A stretch of DNA of 64,000 nucleotides, from positions 21,328,001 through 21,392,000 of the forward strand of contig OZ024748.1 in the NCBI GenBank assembly GCA_964016885.1, given 5' to 3'. The notes beneath the pieces were generated by a model. It did not search any database, had not been told where the DNA came from, and was given only the letters and a program-made list of their open reading frames with translations. The translations under genes were made by a program, and so were the position numbers. Of the stretch, positions 29,397 through 44,747 are shown piece by piece. The stretch's first letter is position 1. Each line of letters starts with the position of its first letter. The stretch comes from Eledone cirrhosa (lineage: Eukaryota).

Positions 29397-29435
29397 TCGA
29401 GGACGCGCATTTCACCTTGCGGATTTTCAACTCGA
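29397..29435 (-). ncRNA. Degenerate hammerhead, family D, in a long stem
   Basis: TCGAG-TTGAAAA(core mutated)-TCC gcaa GGT-GAAA-TGCGCG-TC-CTCGA; stem I extends imperfectly over 29372-29461. Confidence 0.5.
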
Positions 29436-29600
29436 GTAATGGCTCACTAACTGTCGTAGAACTAACTTATATATATATATATATATGTATATATCATTCT
29501 CCCCCCCCCCCCCCAACCCCCCTCTTTCTCTCTCTCTATCTATCTATCCATCTATCTATCTCGCTTTCTTTCTCTCTTGTTTTTGTTTTGTTTTTAATTA

Positions 29601-29783
29601 TAATTGTTTCTACTTTAGGCACAAGGCCAGCAATTACCCAGTGCATTACTGGTACTTTATTTTATCGACCTCGTAAGGATGAAAGGCAAAGTCAACCTCG
29701 GCGGGATTTGAACTCAGTTCGTAAAGGGACGTAACTATGCTGGAAAGCATGGCGTCCGACCCTCTACCGATACTGCCAATCCA
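29601..29783 (-). mobile_element. tRNA-derived SINE family 1
   Basis: Near-identical to 32570-32755 and 61500-61682. Confidence 0.85.
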
Positions 29784-30702
29784 TATAATGAGGATTAGAT
29801 ACCTTTCCCAGCTTGCCATGGCTTACCAGTTCTACACGAACATTTAAATTGATTAAATAAATACACAGACAGACGCACATGCACACACAAATACATACAC
29901 AAATAATCATTAAACTAATGGCTCTTACAGGGCTAGACTTGCTTACTTCCTAAAGAATTTGTCTGGCGAAGTGTTTAGGAAGGAAATACAACTATTCCTG
30001 TAAGAATTATTAATTTGATAAATAAATAAATACATCCACTTTACTAGAATGCCTTAACTTAATGGTAGGCTTTTCTGTCGCCGTATAAATATTTCAAACC
30101 TGGCGGAACCCGTCCCCTCTCCATGTCTGAGTACAGTCGATTTCCTCCAGAGAAGAGGAGAAAGACTAATAAAGAGGAAGGGAGAAAATGTGTATAGGAA
30201 GAATCGACACAGTGTTAGACAGGTACTTTTTTTATCAACTTCGAAAGGAAGAAAAGCAAAGCTGACCTCGGAAATATTTGAACTCAGAGCTAAGAGAGCC
30301 AGAGTGAATTACCACAAAGCATTCTATCTGACGGGAGGTCTTGTGCTCTCAGTCGCTTCATGCCATGAAACCGAGATAAGCACCAGCCAAATGACCCTTC
30401 TGGCTTAAGACGGACTTTAGGCTTATATATATATATATATATATATATATACTTCGTTTTTTAATTTGTTTGATTTGCAAGATTTCTTATCTGAAAACGT
30501 GTGTTGAAACATACACTAAAGATGGTGTAGGACAGAACAAAGGAGAGATACAAAATAACAAATCAGTGACTAACGAAGTCACAGAATGTGTGACGAAAGA
30601 GCTTTGACAATAAATAAACAATCATCCGATTATTGAACCAACCAACATGAAATTTATGCGTGTTTTTGTTTGCAGCATGACCTTCCCAAAATAACTATAT
30701 AT

Positions 30703-30775
<73 letters not shown>

Positions 30776-31504
30776 GATATCGTTTTTCACGAAAACCATA
30801 TAAAAGATTAGTCACATAGGTGGAGAAGTTAAATACACCTCAAAATAGAGTAATTTATCATAATAAGCAATACGAAAGGCTATGTATCACACCCCTTTGA
30901 AAGAATTTTCAAAAAAGGCATATATACAAAATCCTATTGCGCTAAAAATAAACATTATACTAGAAGCAAATTATTCTTTAAAATAGACACCAAATACAAT
31001 TAATACATTAAATGCTGATTTACGAATGTTTCATCCCCTTCCTGGTCCTTTTCAAAACCAGATATTTAATATTAAAACCTCATTATACACGGCAGGCAGC
31101 AGCCAAAAGAAGTGTTTACATTTAAAAATACGAAATTACGCCATATTGTATAGAAAAGCTATTTTGTTCAACTACAGAGACGTAACGTCATACCACCCTA
31201 GCACATTGCTATAAAAAATCAAATTTTTTTAAAAATCAATAGATTATAGATGTAAAAAAGAAGAAATATAAACTTGATAAAAATTGATAAAAAATACATG
31301 AAGTTTTTATTGATTAATATATATATACATGACTAGAACTGTTTCATTCGCATGAAATCAACAGGAATGTCCTGTAGAAGTTATTTCTATTAAGATAAAA
31401 TAAATATGCTTCCTTTCTACTAACGTATTGAGTACCTTATTTAACAATGTTTTCTTTCAAATCCCCTTCAGAAAATCATCCTTAAATATATATAGTATTA
31501 AAAG

Positions 31505-31945
31505 CCGTGTGTGTGCGTGTATGTGAGTGTGGGTGTGTGCATGTATGTGAGTGTGTGTGTGTGCATGTATGTGAGTGTGTGTGTGTGTGTGCGTGTATGT
31601 GAGTGTGTGTGTGCGTGTATGTGAGTGTGTGTGTGCGTGTATGTGAGTGCATGTATGTGAGTGTGTGTGTGCATGCATGCGAGTGTGTGTGCATGCATGT
31701 GAGAGTGTGTGTGCATGCATGTGAGAGTGTGTGTGCATGTGAGTGTGTGTGTGCATGTATCTTAGTGTGTGTGCATGCATGCGAGTGTGTGTGTGCATGT
31801 GAGTGTGTGTGTGCATGTATGTTAGTGTGTGTGCATGCATGTGAGTGTGTGTGTGTGCATGCATGTGAGAGTGTGTGTGCATGCATGTGAGTGTGTGTGC
31901 ATGCATGTGAGAGTGTGTGTGCATGCATGTGAGTGTGTGTGTGTA
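31505..31945. repeat. GT/GCAT/GAGT degenerate minisatellite
   Basis: Direct reading. Confidence 0.85.
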
Positions 31946-31988
31946 TACCGACTAAAATGTGGATTGCACATCCCTGGTCGGTTAGCTC

Positions 31989-32044
<56 letters not shown>

Positions 32045-32569
32045 GAATAATCGAGTATCGAAAAATCGGCGCACGAGTTCACGATAAACAAAATTCGACA
32101 TGAGTGGCAGAGGGCTCAATAATTCAGATAAATCAGAGCTATAACTATCGTTAAAATACCAACACACATAGATTATGTCTAAAATCAACCATACGACCGA
32201 AAAATTACGATCAGGAAGATTCGGGTTGTGAAGTAATTCCGTCGGAAAGGTACAGGAAAAAAGAGTGCTCTATGTAGGCTACAGAGCTTATTAGTTATGT
32301 AATAAACAACATAAGATAATTATTTTATTCGCGGTTGTATAAATAACATTACAAATGTACAGTGACAACAAAGATAATACGTCATTAAACGATGAAAGAA
32401 TGGTATTTAACAAATGTATTTAACTAATTATTTCATTTACCAGTGGTTTTTTGAAAGCAGATACCACTAGTAAATGAAATAATTATCTTATGTTGTTTAT
32501 TGCATAACTATAAGCAATGCAAATATAGGATAAGTAGCACTCCACAGTTTATAGGACTGGAGTATAAAT

Positions 32570-32755
32570 AATTGTTTCTACTTTAGGCACAAGGCCAGCA
32601 ATTACCCAGTGCATTACTGGTACTTTATTTTATCGACCCCGTAAGGATGAAAGGCAAAGTCAACCTCGGCGGGATTTGAACTCAGATCGTAAAGGGACGT
32701 AACTATGCTGGAAAGCATGGCGTCAAACCCTCTACCGATACACTGCCAATCCACC
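32570..32755 (-). mobile_element. tRNA-derived SINE family 1
   Basis: Same sequence as the 29601 copy; abuts about 160 bp of pure (TA)n. Confidence 0.85.
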
Positions 32756-32758
32756 ATA

Positions 32759-32928
<170 letters not shown>

Positions 32929-35199
32929 AGAGGGTGTTAAAGTTTGTTTGAAGCATTGTGAAATGTGTAAAATACGTAGTTTAGAAAGCCACAACAATGC
33001 AGATGGGGAAATCTCGAGGTAGGAAGTGAATGATAGATAGGAGAAATAGGAGAAAGTGAAAATTGAGAGAGACAAAGATGAAAACAAAACAAAGGTAGAA
33101 GGGTGGTACCAGGAACTGACGGTGAAATCATCAATGATATCATTACATATAAAACGCCACATGTTCCTGTTCCTAGGGTTGTATTAACCTATGGCTACCC
33201 CACCTCACTAGGCTTTCAGACATATCGGTTTCCTGTCACACTTCAATCTTTCACCCTACTACAGCAAAATAAATAAATAAATAAATAAATTTGACTGGCT
33301 TCTAGGTCCATATGGATCCCCAGGTCCTTGCGAGCAGGACCAGATTTATAACTTGAGGGAGACTGTTCAGGTTTGGTGGGCCTCTCCATATAACATACAT
33401 ACACACACATAATAGAGAGAGAGAGAAAGAGAGAGACATAAGCAAGAAGAGAGAGAGAAGGAGCCATATTCGGAGAGGGGGCCTCTGTTTGAGATAAATC
33501 CAGCCTTGATTGCGAGGCCCCTAAAATTTAAGGCTGGTCAACCATATGAGTAATAAACCTGTCTGTTCCTCTACGTGTAATATTTAATATTTTACCTATA
33601 AACTGTTTAACGTGATAAATTCTTGACGGGAGCTTTTAACTTTATTTATTAGTAATACTATAACAGGGTTTCTAAAGTTAGGCACAAGTAGAGAGGGGGG
33701 GGGGCAGACAGAGACACAGAGAGGGAAAGATGCCGATTATATCGGCACTAGTACTTGACTGGTATTTCATATTTTATCGATCCTGAAAGGATGAGAAGCA
33801 AAGTTGATCCCGGTGGGATTTGAACTCAGAACGTAAAATACTGGGGGAAAAAATACCACGTGGCTATTTTGTAGAACACTTTGCCGATCCTACCAATCCA
33901 ACGCCCTTTAGTAGAATCGTTAGAGCGGCGGCGAAAGTACCACGTGGCATTTCTATCGGCTCTTTATGTTCTGAGGTCAACTTTGCCTCACATCTTTCCG
34001 GGGTCGATAAAATAAAATACCAATGAAGTCATAGAGCCTATATAATCGAGTTTCCTCGCTCCCAAAAGTTCTGGCCTTGGCCCTAAATTAAAACAAACAC
34101 ACGCACACACAACAACAATAGCAGAAAAAAAATATTTATTAATAAACGATAAGGCACACATACAAACAATGCAGTTTCCTCTATTTGTATACGTTTAAAC
34201 TACTGCATTCCCCACCCTACTCATACAAGTTTTAAAGAAAAGACTATCGCAAGACTTTTTAACTGACGTCAATTTAAAATTTTTTGTTTCTTTTTCATGA
34301 AGTATATGGGGATCTATATAATATTAGAGGTAAAATTTTACAAATAATCAATATAATTTAGAGATCGAATGCTATCTAAATTAAAACTTTTTAATCTCTA
34401 TTATTTATTTTATCTAAACTCTTTCTGATATTTAATTCCAAATAATTAACCCTGTTCGTGCCAACCGGGCGAAAATCAACTTTGGTTCTTATTTAAGTTC
34501 TGAAAGGTTTCTTATTTAAGTTAAAATCTTTCAACATTATTTTATATAAGTACCAGTAATGCACTGGATAATTGCTGGCCTTGTGCCTAACGTAGAAACA
34601 ATTATTTTATATAAGAACCATCGCAAAAATACTATCTTAGAAATGAAATAATTAATAATTTCAATAAATCCCTAAAAATTCTTCTTCTTCGCCCACTTAT
34701 TCCCTGAGAGGGTCGTGCAGGCAGAATCTTCAAACACTCTCTCCAGCGGGCTCTGTCAAAATGCTTCATTAGTTAATTAGTAGAGTGTATTTCATTAGCA
34801 ATACGGCCATATAAGGGTTAATATACTTTAAAGATTGAACTATTCTAAATTACAACTTTTTTCTATTGTTCAATTTATGTAAACTTTTTCTGATATTTAA
34901 CACCAAGAGAAATATTTGTTCTAAAAATTTATGACAAATAGAGCGATAGATTTTTGACAGTACGTGGTACAAGTTAATGGCTAGAATGTTACATAGAACT
35001 AGAGTCGGGACATAGAGTAGGAAGAGTCTAGCAAGTATATATAATATATATATATCGAGAGAGAAAGAGAGAATGAATGAATGAATTGAGTAGAAAGAAA
35101 CAAAGCGAATGGGGTAAAATAAATGAATTCAAGTGACCCACGTATTTTACTTATAGCAAGGGTTTCCCTCGTTTAGTTGCCACACACACACACACATAC

Positions 35200-35485
35200 A
35201 GAGAGAGGGGCGAGTCGAAGAGGTTATTAAGATATACTCAACGTGTCGTTAAGTTACACTTTTTATTTGACTGGCAGTGAGTTTTTTTCTAACAAAAATT
35301 GTCTTGCCTGGTTCGTGTGTGCTACTGCCACCACTGTCGTCGCCACATAAACTGCTCACACTCTCTCCCTTCCTCTCTGTGTGTGACTGTTATTCTTTCT
35401 CTATCTCCCTCGCACTTGCTATAGTGCTACCAACTTGTCACTCTCCTGTTTTCGGAGGCGAACAAAGCCAGGCGGTGTACACAGC
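35200..35485 (+). promoter_or_regulatory. Probable promoter/5' UTR of the XYLT-like gene
   Basis: Unique, relatively GC/CpG-richer sequence directly upstream of the ATG; transcription start cannot be located from sequence. Confidence 0.35.
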
Positions 35486-35698
35486 ATGGCAGCCTCCCGG
35501 ATTGCTTCGAATTCAAGACTCTGTTTCAAATACAAGTTCTTCTTTTATATCGTTATTTTAATTCTGGGAGTCCAATTACTCCTCGTTTACAATTTTTATA
35601 GCATGAACCAAAAAGAACTGGATAAACTACAACAATGGCGATCGGATGTAAAAGGTTTGCCGATATTGTCGGCTGGGTCACCTATTGAAACTGATGGG
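35486..35698 (+). CDS. XYLT: First coding exon of a type II Golgi membrane glycosyltransferase, probably peptide O-xylosyltransferase (XYLT1/2, oxt-like)
   Basis: ATG at 35486 (context CAGCATGG); 71 codons MAASRIASNSRLCFKYKFFFYIVILILGVQLLLVYNFYSMNQKELDKLQQWRSDVKGLPILSAGSPIETDG; then a perfect GTAAGT donor at 35699 (phase 0). Short basic N-terminus plus a TM helix. ILGVQLLLVYNFYSM resembles the XYLT anchor motif (LLLQTLVVWNFSSL type, recalled from memory). Non-repetitive sequence. The gene name rests on the N-terminus only. Confidence 0.72.
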
Positions 35699-38561
35699 GT
35701 AAGTACATACACCAGCTTCTTCGCCTCTTTCTCCTCTCCATCACATTGTCATACATGCATACTTACACACACGCGCATATATATATATAATCTATTGTAC
35801 ATACATATAGGTATATATATATTTATATATACACACACACCACATATATATATATATAGACCCCTCTTGAAAGTTAAGTTAATCCACTGTCGAAAAAATG
35901 TTTATTAGTATTTATTTTTTTAACACCTCTCTCTGTATGTATGTATGTGTATATATATATGTGTGTGTGTGTAGTATATTTTACGTCTGCTAGTCCTATA
36001 TTTCGTCTTGTTGACGAAACCAGTTTTACCTGTGATTCTTCATTTTTATATTAAAATATCTCAGCTTTTGATCTTGTTTAAAAGAAATTAGTGCTTTTAA
36101 AAACAACCACTGACACCGTTATCGTATTGAATTTGAACAAAATATAATAATAATAATATAATAAAAGCATGCATACATAAAAGAACACGGAGACATTTCC
36201 TGTTGATTCTACTATATAACCTGAAGCTAAAAGAACACACATACATATACAGATTAAAAATGTTAATTCTTTAAAAATATTTACAAGATATTTACATTCT
36301 TCCCTTTAACATAATATAAAACATCATTGCTTAATGGAAGTAACGCCTTTCGTAACTTAGCGCTTCAACAAAAAAGACATCGATAAAAGAAGTGCCAGAC
36401 TTGGAAAAAAAAAAACATACCCCAACAAACAACCAAAATAATATAAGTACTGGGGGAGGGGCGGTCGATATCATGATTGACTAAATTCCTTTCAAGTCAG
36501 TGCCCCAGGATCGTCACAGTCTAATGACTGAAACCAATGAAAGGAATTATATTCCTCTTCCCGTAAACACAGCATAAAACATGGGTTAATGGAACTAACG
36601 AGACCCCATATCAATCCATGTATATACTTTTTTTATTCTGTGTAGAAAAATTACGATTATCCTTATTTATTAATTGGTTAATGTCAAAATATCGTTCGTT
36701 CGGAATAAATATAATACATTCTCCCTTTTTACTTTTTTTTAATTCATTCGTTCATTCCGTATACTGTTTGATGTTGTTGTTTGCCCAGCCTAAGTTGAAA
36801 ACTCTTTATTGTATTTTTTATTATTTGATGTTGCTTGTATAATTGGGGGAACAGGGATAGAAGAAAAAGGAGGGGTTCAGGGCCGGATTAAGATTTTCAG
36901 AGGTCCTATTCATTGGTAAGATTGTGATATGTTACCTTCATATATTGTATATGGAGAAAAAAACTCCCGTACTGGGGTGGAAAATATAACCTTACTCAAT
37001 CTGGGCCCCATCTTTGCTAGAGGCCCTAAGCACGTGCTTATTTTGTTTAGTAAGTTAATCCGGGGATGGGATGGGATCTAATACGGCATGAACCTCACAG
37101 CTTCTCTCTCTCTCTCCTTCCTCTCTCTTTTTCTCACTCCTCCCTCTCTAATTCTCTCTCTCCCTATCTATCTATCTATCTATCTCTTATTGTACAGTAA
37201 AACTTGAAACGTGTGTGTCGCAGAGAAATCACTGTAGTAAACTGTAAATAATCAAGTGTCAAATTAAATCCATCTTCAGCTGACATTTGCCCCCCCCCCC
37301 CTCCTCTGTCAGCGCTGACCGATATCGTGTGAAGCTGTGTTTGTATTTCTAGAGAGAGAGAGAGTGTGTGTGTGTGTGTTGCTGTTTGTATATATGTTTG
37401 TATGTGTATCTATGTTTGTGTTTATGTACCTATATATGTGTGTAACTGTTTGTGTATCTATATATGTATGTGTAACTCTGTGTTTGTGTATATATATATA
37501 TATATATATGTATAGAGAGAGAGATAGAGATATGTGTGTGTGTGTATGAATATCTGTAGGTAGTTACTAGGGTTGTTATTTACCCACAGGTCAACCCTTG
37601 TCAAACAGACATTATAATTTAAGGCATTCCAGTCCGTCCTTGGTTTTTATTCTTTTTATTTTTTAACCTCTGGTGCAGAAAATAACACTCAAACTCATAT
37701 TATCAAAATTTGACCATTTAAAATTTTTTTTTTTTTTAAACGGTGCCAGGGTGTGATTTGAGATTTGAGAAGGATTTCGTTGCTATTTCTAGTAAATCGA
37801 GTTACCACAGAGAAACTACTTGGTGTAGTAGCTACTAACGATATGTTTGTGTGTGTGCCGAAGAAAATATGTTTATGTGAAAGGAGGGAAACCTCGTTTT
37901 CTACAGAAATGAATGAATGATACTTTATGACGATCAGTTCCGTATATCAATAATCATCTCCAACTCTCTCTCTCTCATTGTATGTGTCACTCTCTCGGTC
38001 ATTTCACTTATTCACTACGTGTGTGTTTGTCTCTCTCTCTCTCTCTCTCTTACATGTCACTCGCTCATTGACTTTTTCCCTTGCTCTCTTTTTCCATATT
38101 TTCACTCTCTCTCTCTCTCTCTCATTTTTTACTCTCTCTCATTGTTACTCTGTCTCCCTCTGTCGCTCACTCTCGTTCATCTTCTCTTTACACTGTACCT
38201 TGCCTTGCATCTCTCTCTCTCTCTCTCAGCCACATACATTCACTATTGTCGGAATTCAGGGGAACTTCCCGACAACCTGTCTTGGAATGTCACCCACAAC
38301 TTCCGACTGGGTTTATAATTTGGGTTTCCTACACGTGATTAGAACTCATCCTCTCCTTCCACCCACACTTTCTTACCTCACAAGTCGTTTCTCAGACGTT
38401 CTAAAAATGTAAATAAAGCATTCATTTAACCCTTTCCTTACCATATTTCTAATCAAAACACGGCCTATGACAAACCTTTTCTTTGCCATATTTCTAATCA
38501 AAAATACTACCTAGGATTTTCAAATAATTTTGAAAATGATTAAGAATTTAGAGGGATTAAG

Positions 38562-38755
38562 CAAACCTGTCAACTCTCCTCGTCCGACGGGGAGATCTCC
38601 CACCCACTTAGGGGTGGTTGAGAGATGTCTTCTCTAGTGAAAATGGGGTATAGCTTTCATTATGTAAAATCTCCTCATTTTGCCTCATTTCCCCCGTTTT
38701 GCGATAGTATTTTATGGTTTTCTCCGTTTTGGGTTTTTGGAGGTTGGCAGGTCTG
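38562..38755. mobile_element. MITE with 7-bp TSD
   Basis: CAAACCTGTCAACTCTCC .. GGAGGTTGGCAGGTCTG; GATTAAG on both sides. Confidence 0.7.
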
Positions 38756-39792
38756 GATTAAGTTATGTAATTAACTTTCTTATAAAGCTGTTGTTTGGAA
38801 CATATCTTAACAAAGGTCCTTACATAACTATATGATGGAAGATTTTTAGATAAATATAAACATTTAAAAATAAACAGTTTTGTATCGTAGAACCAGAGGC
38901 GGTTTAGTATGAAAAGGTTTGTATTGAAATGAACAGTGAGGGGCGTACCCCTGGAGAAATGACTTTCTTAGTTTACATGTGTGTGTGATAGAATGAATTC
39001 AACCGTGAAATAGAACTCTTAAGAAAAGCAGGACACTATATAACTGGCGTAAAAACGTGTGGCTTTATAGTTAGGGTAATCGTCTCACGTTGTCTCCTTC
39101 AGCGAGACACTTTATTTCACGTTGCTCCAGTCCACCCAGAAGTCAAATTTGAGTTGTACCAGTAATTCTAAAGGCAAACCCAAGTCACTTGCACACATAT
39201 ATATCTTCCCCGAGAACTACGTCGAGGGTACACGTGTCTGTGGAATGCCCAGCTACTTGTAAGTTAATTTTACGAGCAGGCTGTTTCTGTTGTGCAAACA
39301 ACTGCAACACTCGTCGTTGGATCTGACGAAGATCCAACAAGACTGACGACTATAGGCAGATAAGCAGTTCGGATCCTTGTCAGTGGGTTCGGGGCTTGCT
39401 ATTGTTTTGTTGTTGTTTTTCTGTCTTAACACTTTCTTGGCCATATTTCTAACGAAATGTGTTGTATTTAAATGTATTAATGAAGAATGTTGAGGGTTTT
39501 ACTAAAATTATTAGTTATTTCATAATTAAGATGACATTTCTAACATAACTTAACATAGGGTTCTTATATCAATTTAAGTTGGATGTTTTCGATTTATATA
39601 GGAACCCTTTAAAATAGACAGTCTTCATTTGATGCCGCAAAAACTGGCGATGGGATGCACGCACAGAGATTGCGTATCCCGTAGCCCCAAGATGGTTTGG
39701 AAGGGAGCAAACCTTGACAATTGGAACCCTTTAAAATAGGTGATTTTCTTTCATATAAACGTATGTAGTTTGGGGCGGGTTAGTATCAAAAG

Positions 39793-39948
39793 CAGTGTCA
39801 GATTTTGCCATTGTGCTTCCCGTTGTCCAGGAGGGCCCATCTTTCTGTGCCCTCCCCCCATTTTTTTTTTTTACCTTCTTCGGGGTCCAAGTAAGAGGCC
39901 TCATAACTTAACTAGCACAGGGCCTCGTTTGTCCTAAACCCGGCATTG
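39793..39948. mobile_element. Short hAT-like MITE
   Basis: CAGTGTCAGATTT..AAACCCGGCATTG; 8-bp TSD ATCAAAAG/ATCAAAAT. Confidence 0.6.
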
Positions 39949-40924
39949 ATCAAAATAGTTAAATTACTTCTTATATTGTTTAATATCACTTTACGTTGAA
40001 AATCTTAAAGGTTAATTAATTCATTTATAATTTTTCTTTTCATGGAGTTGTTGTTTAGCCCTAGGTCATCTCTAATCAACTAACAATCTATTATAAACAA
40101 CACATTTCAGTTTCCGTCATTACGTTTTATTTACCTAAGACTGCATTATCTAATGTGTCTACCCTATTTTTTTTTTTTTTTTTACTTCTACGGTAGTAGG
40201 ATGCTGTAAAATATAAAGGATTTGGCTTCTATTTCTAGCATGTCCGGCAACCACAGAGGTTTCCTCGTTTGGCTCTTGATTATTTCTTGGTTATCTATTA
40301 TAAACATTAAACGAAGGTGCGGTAGGTTGCTATGTCGGACTTGTGTGTCTATAGTAATATTTTATATATGAAGTGTAATCTATTCTGCTACCACTAATTA
40401 ATTGACCACTTAACTTGTATAATATATTATAATTACCTCTCTCTATCTTTGTATGTTTGTGAAGGTGTGTGAAGGTTAGGGCATTTAAGTGAGTATCATA
40501 ACGTTGTGAGTTCGATTCCTGGACCGGACTTTGAGGTGTGTCCTTGAACAAGAGATTTATTTCACGTTGCTCCAGTTCGCTCAAATAGTAAAAAGAATTG
40601 TTGCGATTTTACTAGAGCTAAGATGTATCGGTCCTTGCCTTTCTCTGGGACAACACCTGTGACGAATAGGGGGGGGGGGGGGATAGTGGCATGCATGGTT
40701 GACTGCTGGTCCCTAAAACATCGTCCCCAGGTTTGCTTGCACCTAGAAGAAGTTCCCGAGTGCAAACCCATGGACAGTCTTGACCGAAGGGCTCACACCC
40801 ACTTCTCTCTCTCATGTGTATATATATATATATGTATATATATATGTATATATATATATATATATATACTCTCAAGCGTGAATATTAACACTTTGTACTG
40901 CCTCTTCGTTTCGTTTTTGTTTTA

Positions 40925-40964
<40 letters not shown>

Positions 40965-41001
40965 ATACTTTGGGCGGGTCATGTTGCCAAATTCAGAAAC
41001 G

Positions 41002-41039
<38 letters not shown>

Positions 41040-41161
41040 GAAGTAATTCCGTCGGAAAAGTCCAGGAAAAAAGAGTGCTCTATGTAGGTAACAGAGCTTA
41101 ATAGTTATGTAATAAACAACACAAGGCATAAATGGAATAATTGCCTTGTGTTGTTTATTAC

Positions 41162-41203
<42 letters not shown>

Positions 41204-41385
41204 TTATATATAGATATATTATAGTTTATATATATATATATGTAAGAATTAAAATACTAGAGTGTGTTAGAGTTAAACACCCTCTTCATATTATAGAAAT
41301 GACAGTAAAGATATAGCTCAATGTAATTAAACAGAGCCGAAGAAATATAATTTTTATAATATATATATTATAGTTTATATATATT

Positions 41386-41428
<43 letters not shown>

Positions 41429-41462
41429 TATATATATTATAGTTTATATATATATATATATT

Positions 41463-41509
<47 letters not shown>

Positions 41510-42344
41510 TTATATATATATTATAGTTTATATATATATTATAGTTTATATATATATATATATATTATAGTTTATATATATATTATAGTTTATATATATA
41601 TTATAGTTTATATATATATTATAGTTTATATATATATATATTATAGTTTATATATATATTATAGTTTATATATATATATATATTATAGTTTATATATATA
41701 TATATATATATTATAGTTTATATATATATATATATATATTATAGTTTATATATATATATATATATATTATAGTTTATATATATATTATAGTTTATATATA
41801 TATTATAGTTTATATATATATATATATTATAGTTTATATATATATTATAGTTTATATATATATATTATAGTTTATATATATATATATTATAGTTTATATA
41901 TATATTATAGTTTATATATATATATATATTATAGTTTATATATATATATATATATTATAGTTTATATATATATATATATTATAGTTTATATATATATATA
42001 TATTATAGTTTATATATATATATATTATAGTTTATATATATATATATTATAGTTTATATATATATATTATAGTTTATATATATATATTATAGTTTATATA
42101 TATATTATAGTTTATATATATATATATATATATTATAGTTTATATATATATTATAGTTTATATATATATATATATTATAGTTTATATATATATATATATA
42201 TATTATAGTTTATATATATATATATATTATAGTTTATATATATATATATATTATAGTTTATATATATATATTATAGTTTATATATATATATTATAGTTTA
42301 TATATATATATATATATTATAGTTTATATATATATATATATATT

Positions 42345-42381
<37 letters not shown>

Positions 42382-42398
42382 TTATATATATATATATT

Positions 42399-42503
<105 letters not shown>

Positions 42504-42939
42504 ATATATATATTATAGTTTATATATATATATATTATAGTTTATATATATATATATTATAGTTTATATATATATATAGTTTATATATATATATATAGTT
42601 TATATATATATATATAGTTTATATATATATATATAGTTTATATATATAGTTTATATATATAGTTTATATATATAGTTTATATATATAGTTTATATATATA
42701 TATAGTTTATATATATAGTTTATATATATATATAGTTTATATATATATATAGTTTATATATATATAGTTTATATATATATATATAGTTTATATATATATA
42801 ATTTATATATATATATAGTTTATATATATAGTATATATATATATATATAGTATATATATATATATATAGTATATATATATATATAGTATATATATATATA
42901 TATAGTATATATATATATATATAGTATATATATATATAT

Positions 42940-43215
42940 CCTCAGCATTCTCGTGTAGCACCCATCCACCATCTGAGTGAGTCTCTTGGTCAGTGTCCAA
43001 GTCTCAGACCCATACAGCAGCACAGACTCCACTACAGCAATGAAGAGGCGGATTTTCAGGTCTCTACGAAGGTCTGACTTCCACACCGATGCCCTAAGGA
43101 CAGACACTGGTCTGTTGGAGATGCAGGATATGGCAGCGATAATGAGGGACAGAGACCGCTGGAGAGAACTCGTCCATGGATCTCGGGAATTTTACCCGCC
43201 TTAGATAGATAGATA
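42940..43215. mobile_element. RTE-group LINE fragment with 5' inversion
   Basis: 42940-43086 minus strand (VWKSDLRR..VESVLLYGSETWTLT..RMLR) fused to 43087-43204 plus strand ([13 protein letters not shown]) plus TAGA tail. Confidence 0.88.
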
Positions 43216-44702
43216 TATATATATAGTATATATATATATATATAGTATATATATATATATATAGTATATATATATATATAGTATATAGTATATATATATA
43301 TATATATATAGTATATATAGTATATATATATATATATATATAGTATATATATATATATAGTATATATATATATATATATATAGTATATATATATATATAT
43401 AGTATATATATATATATATAGTATATATATATATATATAGTATATATATATATATATAGTATATATATATATATATAGTATATATATATATATATATAGT
43501 ATATATATATATATATAGTGTATATATATATATATAGTATATATATATATATAGTTTATATATATATATATATAGTTTATATATATATATATATAGTTTA
43601 TATATATATATATATAGTTTATATATATATATATAGTTTATATATATATATATAGTTTATATATATATATATAGTATATATATATATATAGTATATATAT
43701 ATATATATAGTATATATATATATATAGTATATATATATATATAGTATATATATATATATATAGTATATATATATATATAGTAGTATATATATATATAGTA
43801 TATATATATATATAGTATATATATATATATAGTTTATATATATATATATAGTTTATATATATATATATAGTTTATATATATATATATAGTTTATATATAT
43901 ATATAGTATATATATATATATAGTTTATATATATATATATATAGTTTATATATATATATAGTTTATATATATATATAGTTTATATATATATATAGTTTAT
44001 ATATATATATAGTTTATATATATATATAGTTTATATATATATATTATATATATATATATAGTTTATATATATATATTATATATATATATATAGTGTATAT
44101 ATATATATATAGTGTATATATATATATATAGTGTATATATATATATATAGTTTATATATATATATATAGTTTATATATATATATATAGTTTATATATATA
44201 TATATAGTTTATATATATATATATAGTTTATATATATATATATAGTTTATATATATATATATAGTTTATATATATATATATAGTTTATATATATATATAT
44301 AGTTTATATATATATATATAGTTTATATATATATATATATAGTTTATATATATATATATATAGTTTATATATATATAGTTTATATATATATATAGTTTAT
44401 ATATATATATAGTTTATATATATATATAGTTTATATATATAGTTTATATATATATATATTATAGTTTATATATATATATACAATTAAGTTAAAAATGTAC
44501 ATCCACATATGTATACTGAAATACTAGTATGCATATGAATACACACACGTGTACATATGTAGATGTACCGAGTTTTTCACTGGTCACTTTACTGTGAGTG
44601 TCCAGCTATTCTGTATGTAAACACACAGACAAACCGGTTTTTAGAGTCATACTGGTTTTTGAGGAAACACCTTTCCTCTATTCTCCAGAAAGCCAGACAA
44701 GG

Positions 44703-44747
44703 AATATTGGACTAGTTTCGATGTTGTTACATCTCATCAGCAATATT
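44703..44747 (-). ncRNA. Minimal type-I hammerhead ribozyme (PLE/retrozyme type), intact
   Basis: Minus strand AATATTG-CTGATGA-GATGT aaca ACATC-GAAA-CTAG-TC-CAATATT: 7-bp stem I, full core, 5-bp stem II, palindromic CTAG stem III, GUC cleavage triplet. Confidence 0.9.

Noticed and set aside
35435-35908. 157-aa ORF as a complete CDS
   Set aside because: The true start is probably the ATG at 35486, and the frame past the GTAAGT donor runs into microsatellite
36879-37067. hAT-like MITE (CAGGGCCGGATTAA..TTAATCCGG)
   Set aside because: Plausible, but the right end is degraded and no TSD could be confirmed
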